A stretch of 57,926 bases of DNA, filler included, from Basidiobolus ranarum (GCA_040143965.1; 6 parts of 6 records of this genome joined end to end with filler, not necessarily neighbours in it); one strand, 5' to 3'. Numbered from the whole stretch's first letter, positions 35,646 through 48,362 are shown. Numbers and translations: made by a program. The notes: a model not told the origin generated them from the letters alone.

Positions 35646-37562
35646 TTACACGTGCATGCCATGTAAGCCACATCGTTTGGCGTCGACATTCGCCAGCTCC
35701 ATACTACTCCTAAGGTTTTCGTGCCAAGCAGCTACATGAAGAAGTGTTGCGGAAGAATTATCACCAGCCCATTGATCCGTGACCTTCAAAGGCCAATGAT
35801 TTTCGGGTAATGTTTTGACTTTGTTTCGCCTGCTACTTGGAACACTCTGAAGTGACATCGCTCCCGCACAGGATACCGTATTCGGCGCCAGTGCACGAGC
35901 AGCCATATCTGCAGCAGACAGTACTGGCCGACACTCCGCCTTTTTCCCAGCAATGTACCTCATTATTGCTCCAAGTATGAAACTCATTACTGCACATACT
36001 ATCAAGGTAATTAGCCCAAACGTCGTTACCACAACCACAGGCTCATTAGAAACCCTCCAGACCACTGGACCTGGTAGTCCTGGTATAAGTCGGTGACTCA
36101 GCCTTTTTGCATACTCACGTTGAAGATTCAGTACTTTTTCCGTACTATTGAGAGTCCACATCACACCCAATGCTTGCCCTACATGACCTGCTGAATACAT
36201 TTTTTGAATAATCATGTCATCTATCAATTCAGGTAGTGGAAGAGAAGTAGCATCGTATAATTTATACCAAGCTTTCACTTTAGGCTGCTCGCTCACAATG
36301 GACTCATTATGATAGCATATGTCACCATATAAATAGAAGTAATCGTTCCCCATGGGAAACTGCTTCAGTACTTTGTATCCAAGTATATCTCGGACGTCCT
36401 GCCAGGAAAACAAGGTTCCATAAATCGCCACCTTAGATTTACTGCCATTTGCAAGAGTGACATTTACATGACTGATGACACCCCGTATCTGCCGTATCTC
36501 ATTATAACGCTCGATTCCAATCCAGGATTTAATAGCATCCAAAGTGGTAGCCCAAGGCCCGGTGGTTTGATTATTTCCTGCTGCGACCCAACGATCATTT
36601 ACTTTCTCTGCTACATCTGGCACCTTCTTTCCGTTATCACGAAAGTGCATTAAAAAGTTTCCACATTGGCTGTAGATTTCAGAGTTTCCTGGTTTGACTT
36701 CTAACGTAACTTTTACAACATTGGAGCCTACGCGTAAGCCATACCCAACTAAATCCAGATTGTACTGCTGATTTTGTTCATCTGTCAAAGCGTACAAATC
36801 AGCATCTGCTTTCGCCTGATCAAGAGCGGTCCATTTTTTCTCAGGATTTGTGAATGGCGGTAGCAAGTCTTTCCTTACTGCTGTTCCAGGCTTGGAAGCA
36901 AGTAGAGCTGTTCCCATAATACCTGCATATGGTACCACTACTAGAAAAATCGCCACTACCACTACGGCCCCCTTGGCCTGTAGACTTTTTAGTAGTCTGA
37001 CCTGACCAACTATTCCTGCAGAGGATATGGCACCAGCTACGATAACTGCGTAGTGCCCTGCTCGCGCTCTATGCGCTGTAATAACCACCAAAGATGCACA
37101 TGTTAAAAGTAGTCCGGTACCTAGAAGCCAGCCAAGTATAGCAGATAATATGGTCCACATAGTCTGACTAAAGGCAACAATACCTGAATTACTAGTTGCA
37201 AAGATCAACCCAACTGTATTATTGCCTATATCTACTGTCCCATCAGGCCGACACGCCACGAGGTACGGATAACAAATGAATATGAAGACAACGATCATAT
37301 TTGTGATCGTACTATCCAAGCAATTTCTTTGAGGCTTATTTGAGATTATAATCGCTTCTCCAGACGGTCGTGAAAGCCTTCGACTTGTACTACAGCGGCT
37401 ATGAGGCCTTAGCATGTCACACTTGTTTACTGTTGGTCTGCTTGTTGTATAAATCAGAGCATGTATAAGGGAGGCTGAACTAGGAATGAGACAGTGATTT
37501 TCGGAATGGGAAAGTACTACTTGGGATGTTGCTGTAATGTCTTTACAAGCGGGTATTATCAT
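35646..37562 (-). CDS. Uncharacterised intronless multi-pass membrane glycoprotein (up to 638 aa)
   Basis: Long uninterrupted ORF; 3-4 N-terminal hydrophobic segments, a large loop with NxS/T sequons (NQT, NVT, NGS, NES, NST), a C-terminal TM and a tail. Confidence 0.8.
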   Translation of the reverse strand: MIIPACKDITATSQVVLSHSENHCLIPSSASLIHALIYTTSRPTVNKCDMLRPHSRCSTSRRLSRPSGEAIIISNKPQRNCLDSTITNMIVVFIFICYPYLVACRPDGTVDIGNNTVGLIFATSNSGIVAFSQTMWTILSAILGWLLGTGLLLTCASLVVITAHRARAGHYAVIVAGAISSAGIVGQVRLLKSLQAKGAVVVVAIFLVVVPYAGIMGTALLASKPGTAVRKDLLPPFTNPEKKWTALDQAKADADLYALTDEQNQQYNLDLVGYGLRVGSNVVKVTLEVKPGNSEIYSQCGNFLMHFRDNGKKVPDVAEKVNDRWVAAGNNQTTGPWATTLDAIKSWIGIERYNEIRQIRGVISHVNVTLANGSKSKVAIYGTLFSWQDVRDILGYKVLKQFPMGNDYFYLYGDICYHNESIVSEQPKVKAWYKLYDATSLPLPELIDDMIIQKMYSAGHVGQALGVMWTLNSTEKVLNLQREYAKRLSHRLIPGLPGPVVWRVSNEPVVVVTTFGLITLIVCAVMSFILGAIMRYIAGKKAECRPVLSAADMAARALAPNTVSCAGAMSLQSVPSSRRNKVKTLPENHWPLKVTDQWAGDNSSATLLHVAAWHENLRSSMELANVDAKRCGLHGMHV

Positions 37563-38435
37563 TAAAGGATGGACACTTTTATTTCAAGTGATATGAGAGT
37601 GTTTCTGAATAAGCAATTGTGCAGTATATGAGCCAATATAAAGAGTTTAACGTTGAGGTAGATTCGATGATATTATATGACATATTCAATCAAACTGTCA
37701 TCTCAAAGGCCAAAATAGGAAAAGGAATAGCCCAGGGCTGAAAAATAGCAGGAAAATAGCAGTAATGTCAGCAAGTGGTCGTATTATGTCCAGATATGTA
37801 CTAGAAATGATTTGCCCAGATTAAAGTAGGTTTAAGATAAGCCAATATTAGGCTTGACTACTATAATATGGTAACAATACTTACTCCAGAACGTATTTGA
37901 GTGAACCTTGATCCAAAACCGATCCCAGCACCCAGCCATCATAGTCACCTATAGCATCTCTGGCTGGCTTTGACTTGTAACTCAATACATGGGCAAGTAA
38001 TTGTCATGAACAGATGGCATAGATGAGATTACTTTTAGGACAATATGACTTGTCGCTTATTTTGAAGATTTCCACCACATCGGCTCTCCACAAGACTCAT
38101 TTGACTATAAATGTAACAGCCAATATCTACTGTTTTAAGCTAGTTATATTAGTTGGAGACAAATACTGCGTTTACTTGAGTTAATATGTAAGCTATCTCG
38201 GAATCATTCTTACTAGAACTAGTCATAAAATGATACCTCGATTATCTGTTGAAATAATTTGCATATCATGTTGATTTTATAACTTGAAATCTAGTAAGAT
38301 ATAAAATTCAAAAGAAGCCAAACATTTAGTTATTTCCAACATTCTTCACCTTCTACACATCCTTGAAATATACCTTTATCTTTATTTGCTTGAATTTCTA
38401 GTATCAATCCAAATACTTGATTTCATCATAACAAG

Positions 38436-38596
38436 TGTTGAAATTAGCATTGCCTAAACATCTATATAGTCATATATAGCTTAGCACTTAGTTATCTTAT
38501 AATTCACTAAGATATTATCCATTATTCTCATAAGGAATTTACTTAGAAGTTCTCAGATATATAGATTTTTCAAAGAAGCCCCAAACTTTGCACACA
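38436..38596 (+). mobile_element. LTR family X copy running into the contig end
   Basis: TGTTGAAATTAGCATTGCCTAAAC...; closest to the 9003 copy. Confidence 0.8.
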
Positions 38597-38696
38597 NNNN
38601 NNNNNNNNNNNNNNNNNNNNNNNNNNNNNNNNNNNNNNNNTTAATTAATTAANNNNNNNNNNNNNNNNNNNNNNNNNNNNNNNNNNNNNNNNNNNN
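38597..38696. other. Artificial contig spacer
   Basis: N run with TTAATTAATTAA. Confidence 0.99.
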
Positions 38697-38849
38697 TTTT
38701 TTAAAATCTACTTGTCTTAAAGTTGCCAATGAAGAATAAACTATTGATATTACACTTATTGAATATACTAAAGGAGTAAATAATTGAGAAGCATCTGGAA
38801 ATATTCCTATTGAATATCTTAAAAATCCATAACCTGCTAATTTTAGCAA
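38697..38849 (-). other. nad4: Mitochondrial nad4 fragment (NUMT or assembly chimera)
   Basis: LLKLAGYGFLRYSIGIFPDASQLFTPLVYSISVISIVYSSLATLRQVDFKK is conserved ND4; very AT-rich mitochondrial codon usage (TTA/ATA/AGA). Confidence 0.9.
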
Positions 38850-40159
38850 GCGCAGTGAACAACAAAGAGCCAATCAACAGAGTGGGACAGAATATTAGTC
38901 CTAGATTTGAAATGGTCATTTTGTTTTGCGTATGGTAGAAGTCGAGTCGGGCCAAATGCGACATTAACCAATGAAGTAGATAATAGTTTGCATCTGGTAG
39001 ACGCATAGCCACACTTGCTAGTCTTTCAGGTACGCTCTCCATCTGCCGTTGCCGTTGCTCAGGCGAAAGCTCGCCATTTTTGGGTAGACATCCATTGAAT
39101 TCCGAAAGCAAGTCTTTGGGAATAATCGGATCTGGGACTATGTATGGATTTCTCAACAGTTATTATCGTAGTGAATTCTAGAAAAGTATGATCAAATCTC
39201 TCTTACGCTCGCGAAGGTACATTTTCAATAAAGTAGCAACAGTACTGGGATCTTCTTGATAGTTCATCAGATCCATGTCATCACCTGTGGGAATTCAGGA
39301 ATAAGTCTACCTACGATTTTGTCTCAGTGACCATTTTACATTGTAAACATACCTCCATCAAATGCTGCTTTGAGTTGTGTCACAGCACTGGTACTCCCAG
39401 GTACTCTGTACAGACCAACTTCAGTCAGTCCTATAGACAGCGATCGGATGACTTAGTACGCTTTCCATAAAACAGTGATCGAAACAACTTACCGTTACAG
39501 TCTAAATATTCAATACATCTAATAACGTCAGCAGGGACTGGGCATTTCTTGTCAATACTAGAGAGGTCAACAGCAGTCTGTAAAGGTTGTCCGAAGATTC
39601 TCCCAGTATCAGTAAGGCTACTGGCGGAGTGCTCTGGAATAAGAAGTGTCAGTAACGTTCGAGTTGCATTTATTTATTAGTGAAATGCGTTTAATAATAA
39701 ATATATTGTTTTACCTTGTGAATTCCGTGCTTTCCACTTTTCTAGTGTATTTCTACCAAACTTCGTCCATTCAGTACCTTTCTCGTATGCTCGATCTTTG
39801 AATTCAGAGCCTTTTGATTTCGCTATGTTGGTCATAGTGGAGGTTTTTTGAGCAAGATTGATATCTACTAATTTGGATCGTTGTTCACGAGCTATGCTTT
39901 GAATCCTACTCAGTGCCGAAGTACCGGTCGCTTCCGTTGGTTGATCGGGGTCGTCGAATGAATGTGAAGGTGAGGGTGGAGAGTCATTTAAAGAATCCAT
40001 ATCAAAGGTGGTGTCTGGATTAGTTTGAGACCGTATCTTGATTGTTTTAGCTGGGGCAGTAACTGTACTAATACTAACGATTGGTGATGAGCGAGTACTA
40101 CTGGAGGAACTTGGACGTGGGGGTAAATCTACAGGTAAGCGAGAAGAAGGTTGAGACAT
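38850..40159 (-). CDS. RhoGAP-domain protein (multi-exon), 3' end replaced by nad4 sequence
   Basis: IFGQPLQTAV, VPADVIRCIEYL, GLTEVGLYRVPGS, VATLLKMYLRE, LPDANYYLLHWLMSHL...NKMTISNLGLIFCPTL. Confidence 0.92.
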
Positions 40160-41060
40160 TTAACCGCCTTTTTCGAGGAAAAGGAAGAAATAAGCACTAT
40201 TAAAGTAACCAAAAAAGATTCTGCCTCTTTCTACTTAGATCAGGAAAAATACTGACTCAATATCTAAGTTAATCAGTAAAGGCAGCTATTTCTCAAGTTG
40301 AAAATGAGTGAAAGGAAATTTGCTCGCGAATTTCGGATAGTTCTCAATTAGCCGGACAATGAGAGAGGAAGCAAAGTACAGTAGTTAAGAGAAAAAAACT
40401 ACACTTTTGGTTGAAGAGTGCGAAAGACTGCTAAATTCAACTTTTTTTATCCTAGAACAAATTGGACGGATAATTGGAAATAGAATCCACTAAATGAAAT
40501 ATCACTATCAAACTTGCCTTTTAAACGTTGATTAGTTTAGATGTATCACTTCTCATAAATGCCTCATATATTTGATGACTAAAAATGGCTACTAAAAAGC
40601 ACCTTGGAATGTTTCCATTCCAATAACTCCTTCCGCAATTACTTGGTTACAAATAGTTGATGCTTGATTTGTAAAATATAGATGAAAATCGACTATTTCA
40701 TTTGCTTTGAGACATACAGATGCTTTAGCTACACGAGATATAGCAAGTACATATCAGTTAAATAGAATGTAACCGGCATCAATTCCCTCAAGCGGTAGTT
40801 TAACTCTAATCTAGAAGCTAGCTAAAACCATAACCTTAAAACACTCGTAGGGGTTCTGTCTGATGGTAACCAATTACTCATAGAAATTTCGGGGATGCTA
40901 GGCTATGCACTGCCCATGGAGGTTTAGTACAGGAAGCAAAAAAATACAAATACATTCCTTTATCTAACTCTTTCCCTGTGGGGTTTACATTCAATAAAAA
41001 CTCTCTCCATGGTAAAAGCAGGACAAGATCGCAGGTCTAACAGGAAAGCAGACCAGACAC

Positions 41061-43006
41061 TTAAAATATAATCATTGTTGCAATATGGTTGTTCTTCATG
41101 ACCTAACTCAAAAGTGTAAGTAGGATATTCTCTTGTTGAATGATTAAAGTAGATTTACCTCGAACACCATCCCATCGTCATATCCATTCAGTTCGGTAGA
41201 ACCAAAGGGGTTTTGCCCGCTGGGACCACGTGTAAAAATAACTGGTCGTGAGTTGGGCTTACCGTATATCTTTTGAATGTCCTTCCACTATCATAAAGGG
41301 ATTAGTCTTTTACTTACGAATAAAATGATCAGATGTGAGTAATTACGGTGCTGTCGGGAACTATGATATCGGACTCGGAAGGTAAGTCTTCAAGGGCTTC
41401 GCACTCCGAGACTAAAATTGAGTTCTAATAGTGAGAAAATTGAAAATAATACACATAATGGTTCGAGGATCTTCTTACTCTGATGTGAAAGTAACTTGAA
41501 TGGGCATTTCCGGTATCTAAGCTTGGCCATAGTAAAGTTAGATCACAAGCAGTTGAAGGCAATCAAGAGAATTCACTGACTTGCCAAAGTCAAAATGCCC
41601 AGGAAAATTACAGTGTAGAACAATCTTCTTGCAACGGTGGGTCACTGCGTCAAACAGTAGATCGAACCCATGTTGGAAGTAGTTGTAAAAATAATCATTA
41701 GGCGCATCGTCTATATTCTCATGTAAGTCAACAATTGAAATATCTTGAAAACTTTCAACCTTACCAGAAATTGCTCCGAAGCTTGAATCAAGATTTTTGC
41801 CAGTCTCTGAATGTGAGTGTATTCTCATTTTGTCTTCTTCTTTGTAGAATATCTCACCAGGCTGGCCAAGATCGGTAATTACATCCTGTGCAGACGTAAC
41901 GTAAAACTCGATCCGAGTCTTTCGATCACCGGGATGATGAAGCAAGATACGTTTGTTCAACTGTGACCAATATGTATAAGTATAAAATCGAATGTAGAGC
42001 TGATTGATTTACAGTCCTTACATCAATTAAAACGCAGTCAACGATGATAGCGTTTTTATTATCAGTATTCAAACCTACTGGTAAAGGAGGAGGGAACGAT
42101 TCTTGCCAGCTTGGTCCATAGTAAACGTACACACGATTACACACGGGAGTAGTACCATCTGGAAACTCCATAGCCATGTCTAATTACCTCAAAAGTTAGT
42201 ACATGTAGTAATTATGTAATAGAGAAGACTCCAACCTCCATTAGCGTACAAATGCTTATGTTTATCTGGGATCGGGAAAACAAATGAAATGCCCTAGAGA
42301 AGTAGGAAAGTGAGCATACTATGCAAATCTGGGTCTCTGAAAGTCGGAAATCATACAGGATAATGAAGTGTGTACTCCGACCTCTTCTCGTCAAACTCTC
42401 CTGGATGGGTAGGGCTACCATTCAAAGTTGAGCATTGGCGTACTTTGTTTGGACTATCTTAACATGAAACTAACTTACCCAAATAGTTTGTAAACTAGGA
42501 GAAATGTGGGTACAGTTATTTTAGAACTATCATATATCGGTTTAGGTGAGTTGATAAGATTTTCTTCATATGACACAGAAACTTACTTAAAATCATGCTC
42601 CTCGTAAGATAGTCGCACTTCTCTCATTTTGTATATCAAAACACATTTCAATCTTTGAGAGGAAGGGTCGAAACGCAAGCATATACCATTTTCTACTAAA
42701 TTTAAAACTAAATCCTGCTCCAAAGGCCTCTAGAAAAGATTGGGTTCTATGAGTTATCAGTATTTAGCAATGAGATAAAGGTAACTTGCCTCATCATAGT
42801 ATTTGAATTCCACTTTGGGTATTTGTCCCGAATCAGCTTTAAGTATTTGAATAGCATCTCCTATAGGCATACCTATTCACTTTGAGCAATAGGTTTCTAG
42901 TTTGCCAAAGATAAAAGCAGCGAAACATACCTAAGACGAATTTACCAGCGATTTTGGATGGTCTAAGTGGAAGGGATAAAATTTTATGCTGCTCGGGGCT
43001 TTCCAT
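41061..43006 (-). CDS. UPF0183 / PHAF1 (C16orf70-like) protein, multi-exon
   Basis: GKFVLGMPIGDAI, LRFDPSSQRL, FGPTHP, YPGLS, AQDVITDLGQPGEIFYKEEDKMRIH, DYFYNYFQHGFDLLFD...KKIVLHCNFPGHFDF, NPFGST..YG, VMKNNHIATM. Confidence 0.9.
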
Positions 43007-43643
43007 ATTTTAACAAGCGAGGGAAAATAATAACAGTCTTTGAACGTTGCCCAGTAAATAGGAGCCAATATGAGTAGCAATATTATAAAACGAGTATTGA
43101 TAAGTCTTTACTCAGGAAGTCAATGCCTATCTGTATTAGAGAAAACTGGATAACCCGGGGGAAGTCACAAATAGTCTTGTATAGTGGTGAAGTCAAATCA
43201 ATGCACATTGTGTAATATACACAGTCAATAGAAATCTATCACAATGATAATTGGATGAAGCTCCTGATCTAGGATAGATGAGATAATCTCATGAAAACAG
43301 GTTGTCAATATAGACTAGAAATGATTATCCTACTCAGAAAAAGTATGCATACGATAGGAACTAGCCGTGATTCCAATTTCAACGTCACTGATTTCCCTAT
43401 AAGAAGTGTCCATCTCATTGGGACTGCGGAGATCAATGAGATTATTTGAGTCGATTCAACATGCTTGTTCCTAATGATTCTCAGTAATGCTTGGTGCTGA
43501 GCGGAATTTAATTGGTTATTGTGACTTTGACCTTTGTTTAGATGCACAGCGCACATCGTGTTTCTTGAGGTGTCTTACTTTAAAGATTCAATAGCTCATA
43601 GATATAGGATAGTTCTCTAACCTCGCTGACTACAAACTCTATT

Positions 43644-46217
43644 ATGGAGGATTTCAGTTATCTTGAACCTAATTTCGATCCCAATTCTTTGAGAGTTGTT
43701 GACCTGCGTAGGATCTTGATGAGACACAATATCCCTTTTAATGCTAACAATAAAAAGGCTGCTTTAGTAGAGCTATTTGATAGTCATGTCGTTCCAAACG
43801 CCACTACATGGAAGCAAGAAATCACCAACGCTAACGCTAGTAACCGAGGCATGATTTACATGGGTTTTGACAAAGTAAATATAATCGACTTTTTAGAGTG
43901 AGGGTGCTTCCGGAACTAACTTCCTTTATCACAGGACCCGGAGAGCTTGTCAACTTCCTTAACACAATCCGCACTCAAATCGCAAGGACATGTGGTAAAT
44001 AACGAATATGATTTTTGAGAAAGGGGGTTATTTTTAAATTCAGCTCATATTTACAGAGGTCAGCCGTTGAAAAGTTCGAGTTATTAAGCTCTGATGGTGA
44101 ATTATCTCCGCCACCATCACAAAGCTCTACTAGCAGACGCAAAATCAAAGTAAGTAAAATTTACCTGATTTTTTGATCTGTTGAGGCCTATCTAATACTA
44201 CCTTCAGACTAAGTCAGCTACAGACAAGTCTGACCCCTTCAGCTCAGAGAGAGAAAGCCTCTCGCTTCTTGGGGATCAAACTAGTTCGCACACTCCTAGT
44301 GTGGATGATCCTGGCTTTAGCTCTGATGACTTGTCTGCTGTTTCAAATCACAACTCTCAAGCCAAAGTGAGACAAATTTTATATACAATTTTGACATGTC
44401 TCTATCCACAACATTACACTAACCGGTATTAACAGTCCGAAGATTTAAAGATCAAATCTAAAACTCTCTCTAAGATAGATTGGTCGCCGGAGGAGCAGGT
44501 ATTTAGAAAAGTCAACAAAACAATTTATGATCAAGCCTGATGAATCTGCAGAAAATACCAGATGTCGATGTATTTTCTGATGACAATCCTTTCCAAAGTG
44601 GTGGTGAAACACCAAATACCCGCAAGAAGAAAAGAACCAAGGTAAACTTTCACTCAAAAATATTGATTTATACTTGATGCTGGTCTAAAATGTACAGATC
44701 ATAAAGGTGCGCAAATTGAAATCTGAGTTCCCAGAAACCTCATTGCTCAACGTTGAGACGACATCAGAAACGGAAACCATTCCAACCGCGGAGATTCTTC
44801 ATCCAGAGTTACCAGAAAAGCCAGATCCAAGTCCAAGAAAGTTTATGAGTCCATCAATCTCACGAGTGAGTGCTGAACCTAAATTGAAGAAAGAACCCAG
44901 TGTAATTATTGATAAACCCAAAAGACGCACTCGTCGTCGACGCTATCATCGTAATGAGACCAGAGTAGAGTATGAGTGGGGATCGCTTTGGGTTTTCTTA
45001 ACTGTTGTCTTGGCTGTTTATTTGTTTTGGCTTCGTCAGAAAAATTTACTAATTGGCTATTGCGAACCAAACGAGCAAAATGCAGGTAGGAAATCTATTT
45101 TTAATCCACTTTAACTTCCAAGTCTAATTTGGCCTCCCTAGACCTACAGGATAGTAAAATATCCATCTTTTACCCACAGTGTACTCCATGCCCTCCTCAT
45201 GCCACCTGTAGAGCCCGCAAATTCGTAGCATGCGATTGAGACTATAATATAAAAAGATATCACCTTACATCCCTTTTGAATCCAGTGCGGGTCAAGTGTG
45301 TTCCTGATCCCTTGAAATTGGCCAGGATCGATTTAGCAGTAGAACTCGCCAAAAGCATCCTTGATCAACAGGCTGGTAAGGCTGAATGTGATACAAGAAG
45401 CCATGTTCGTGCAGAAATCACTGAGATAGACCTCAAAAAGCTGATTCAAAACGATCCAAATTTACAAAATATCGACACAGAAGAGATCTGGCCATCAGTA
45501 CTTAGCAATCTTATCGAGCAAAGACAGCATATTGAGTTTCATACGGACGAAAATCAACGATTGTATTTCTTGTCACATGAACCGGAATATCCTATTCAAT
45601 GTCGTCTTCGTAAAGGACTCTACTCATTCCTAATTGACAACCTCCAAGAAATTACTATAGGATTGTTACTACTCTTTGGCGGAGTGTATGGTCTTACAAA
45701 ATATAACTGTAAGTTCTTCAATGACACTGAATCACTTGAGATATTCACTTAGCTTTCTCGAAATGTAGCATATCGCAACGAAAAGGAACTCATACGCGAT
45801 CTTGTGCAACGTGTGTTGCTTCGATTAGCGGAACAAGAGAATTTACATTATGTTGATCCTGTCCAGTATCCATCAGGAGCTGTATCTGCAGTTCAACTCA
45901 GAGATGTATTACTTCGCTCCATGCACAATCATATTCGGCGCAAGTATATATGGGACAAGGTGCGTAAAGTGGTAGAGACCAATAGTAACATTCGCTCGGG
46001 TGTTACTGAAATTCGTGGAGAGCCTCATCGAGTTTGGGAATGGGTAGGCCCCTCCATCAGTCCAGTCACAAGCCCAAACCAGGTTTGTAGCATAAAAGAC
46101 ATACCACAGATATCGTAAGCATTTACATTTCCATATATGTAGCGTAGCAACCTGTACCCAGCAGTGCGACAGGATCAGGACTTCATGTCTGACGAAGGGA
46201 TGTTCTCCGATGACTAA
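43644..46217 (+). CDS. SRC1: Inner nuclear membrane LEM/HeH + MSC protein Src1/Heh1/Man1, with in-frame TGA at 45237-45239 (possible pseudogene or allele)
   Basis: YLEPNFDPNSLRVVDLRRIL (HeH), FSDDNPFQSG, TM1 + IGYC, CTPCPPHATC, KCVPD, TM2, QLRDVLL...WDKVRKVVETNSNIRS...GEPHRVWEWVG. Confidence 0.9.
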
Positions 46218-46791
46218 ACATAGCCGCTTAAGTAATCCATATCAATGCCGAGTTTGCCAATGTTGAAATGTATTTTTATCTTTACCTTTTAGAGTATCTT
46301 TGTCTGCGCGTATCTAGATCTGTTTTCTCATTCTCTGCTATTGCATCAGCATAACTCGACCCGTGGAGACACTGCCTAGCTGTATCTCTATTTTCATCCA
46401 CCAGTAGAATAGAATATCAATAAATACTTTCTTTCAAACCGGCCCTATAACTCGATAACAAAGAACAACCACAACCAGGTTCTTTTTCAAGTTGTTTTAT
46501 TTACAAATTGGGATAGGAAATAGGTTGATGGGCTGCCTTGAAAATGATGCGCATCGAGAAATTCCGCGATATATACTACAGAAACAAGACTAATATCGCA
46601 CGCATCAAGGGAAAAGCATAAAGTAGATGGATAATATTTTGAACTAGAAATATGTGTATAATTACTGAGCATATATATATCATAAGCCCGACATAAAAAT
46701 GATAATCACTTTTTTATATGTCTACTTCATCATGTATATATAAATTTCTTTTTTGTTGGTTTTCTTGCTGTTTCTTCAGTATCTTCGTATT

Positions 46792-47775
46792 CTAAGGATG
46801 AGGTAAACTATCAAATGAAATAGTAGTCTTGGAGGTGCTTAGGTCAATGAGCTGCTCCTTGGCATTGTACAAATACCGGTATGCGTTCTTAATGGTCACT
46901 TCCGAAACACCAGTCACTGGTGCGATGTCCCTGGTGGTTTTCGGGATTTGATAAAGGTTCGATATGAGGTATATACAAGCAGCAGCAATAGATACTGGAC
47001 TTTTACCAGCTAAAGTACCGACTTCCTTCGCCTTCTTTGTCAAGTCTACTGCAGCTCGTTGAACCTCCATTGGTAGACTCAAGTTCGAACAGAAACGAGA
47101 CATGAGATCTTCACTGCCCATAGTATTAACATTCGTTTCAAGAACTCGAGCTAATGCTTTAAAACAGCGGCCAATCTCTTTCTTGGGCACCTGGGTCAAC
47201 GCACAGATTTCCTTAAATGTTCTTGGTACGTTTTCTTGACGGCAAGCAATGAAAATACAAGCAGCAATAATACTCTCGTTAGGCTTTCCTCTTAACAGTT
47301 TCTCATCTTCAACACGCTTGTATAGCTGTTTTGCAATATCTCCAATGAGTTTAGGTAGACCGATAGCATCGCACATAGCGGATATTTCTTTGTAAGCCTG
47401 TACCAGATTTCTTTCACCTTTAACAGCAGAAGATCTGCCTTGGATCTTACTGAGGTCTCTTCCGGTTCCTGAACCACCATCCGTCTTGGAAATCACTGTA
47501 TCAAGCTGTGACCCACTCAACAAAGGATTGGCAGCTGCACCAACACGAGAAGGATCGTCACCATCATCGTTGGCAAAAGTTCGCCACTCTGAGCGTGTAT
47601 CAATAATCCGATCACCTAATACGAGCCCGCAATCTCCACATACTAGATCTCCAGAAGCAAACTCCTCTACAATATTTGGAACTGGATTTTTACATTCTTT
47701 GCACATAATCTTTACATTTAGGTCAGGTTGAGGTTGACCAGGAAGCGGACGTTGAGCAGTAACTGGACTAGTCAT
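46792..47775 (-). CDS. SUA7: Transcription initiation factor TFIIB, intronless
   Basis: Zn ribbon CKECK...GDLVCGDCGLVL, B-reader DTRSEWRTF...DPSRVG, two cyclin repeats, GKSPVSIAAACIY. Confidence 0.98.
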   Translation of the reverse strand: MTSPVTAQRPLPGQPQPDLNVKIMCKECKNPVPNIVEEFASGDLVCGDCGLVLGDRIIDTRSEWRTFANDDGDDPSRVGAAANPLLSGSQLDTVISKTDGGSGTGRDLSKIQGRSSAVKGERNLVQAYKEISAMCDAIGLPKLIGDIAKQLYKRVEDEKLLRGKPNESIIAACIFIACRQENVPRTFKEICALTQVPKKEIGRCFKALARVLETNVNTMGSEDLMSRFCSNLSLPMEVQRAAVDLTKKAKEVGTLAGKSPVSIAAACIYLISNLYQIPKTTRDIAPVTGVSEVTIKNAYRYLYNAKEQLIDLSTSKTTISFDSLPHP

Positions 47776-48262
47776 TTTGTGCTTATAAAGAGGATTTTCA
47801 AGGATTTAACTAAGGAGATGAAGGGACAAGGAAACTAGATAGTTTGTGTGTTTGAAGTGAAAGATGCTCCAATAAAAAACCTTCACGAGTGGATTGCTTG
47901 TATCACTGTGGATGCAAAGTAACGGGAACTTTTATTATGTGAAGTAGTTAATAAAACAACAAATAAATTTCACGTATTTCTGTTTCTTTCTCTTTTTTTT
48001 CTTAATAGAACAATAAAGAAAAAATTCCCAGTATGAAATATAAGAAAAGTACTAAAGAAACACACTTGAATCACTGTAGATGTAGACTTCATTAAATAGA
48101 TAGTCTGTCTTACTAATCCCCCATTTTGTTGTACTCGCCCCAAACAATACTGCGGAAATCATGATCCTTGAGATGGATCATAAACCTGATTACTGCAAAA
48201 ATTAATATCCCATTTCATTTCATTGCATTGCATTATATATATCTGATCGTGCCAAAAAGCAT

Positions 48263-48362
48263 NNNNNNNNNNNNNNNNNNNNNNNNNNNNNNNNNNNNNN
48301 NNNNNNTTAATTAATTAANNNNNNNNNNNNNNNNNNNNNNNNNNNNNNNNNNNNNNNNNNNN
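48263..48362. other. Artificial contig spacer
   Basis: N run with TTAATTAATTAA. Confidence 0.99.

Noticed and set aside
38436..38849. Apparent LTR-associated capture of nad4
   Set aside because: The LTR and nad4 are on different contigs separated by an artificial spacer.
45237..45239. Selenocysteine or alternative nuclear code reading of TGA
   Set aside because: Not at a conserved Cys or Trp position; no SECIS identified by eye; TGA appears as a normal stop elsewhere (e.g. 51238-51240).
46792..47775. Intronless TFIIB as a retrocopy
   Set aside because: Fully conserved, with no poly(A) remnant or TSD; other ordinary genes here are also intronless.
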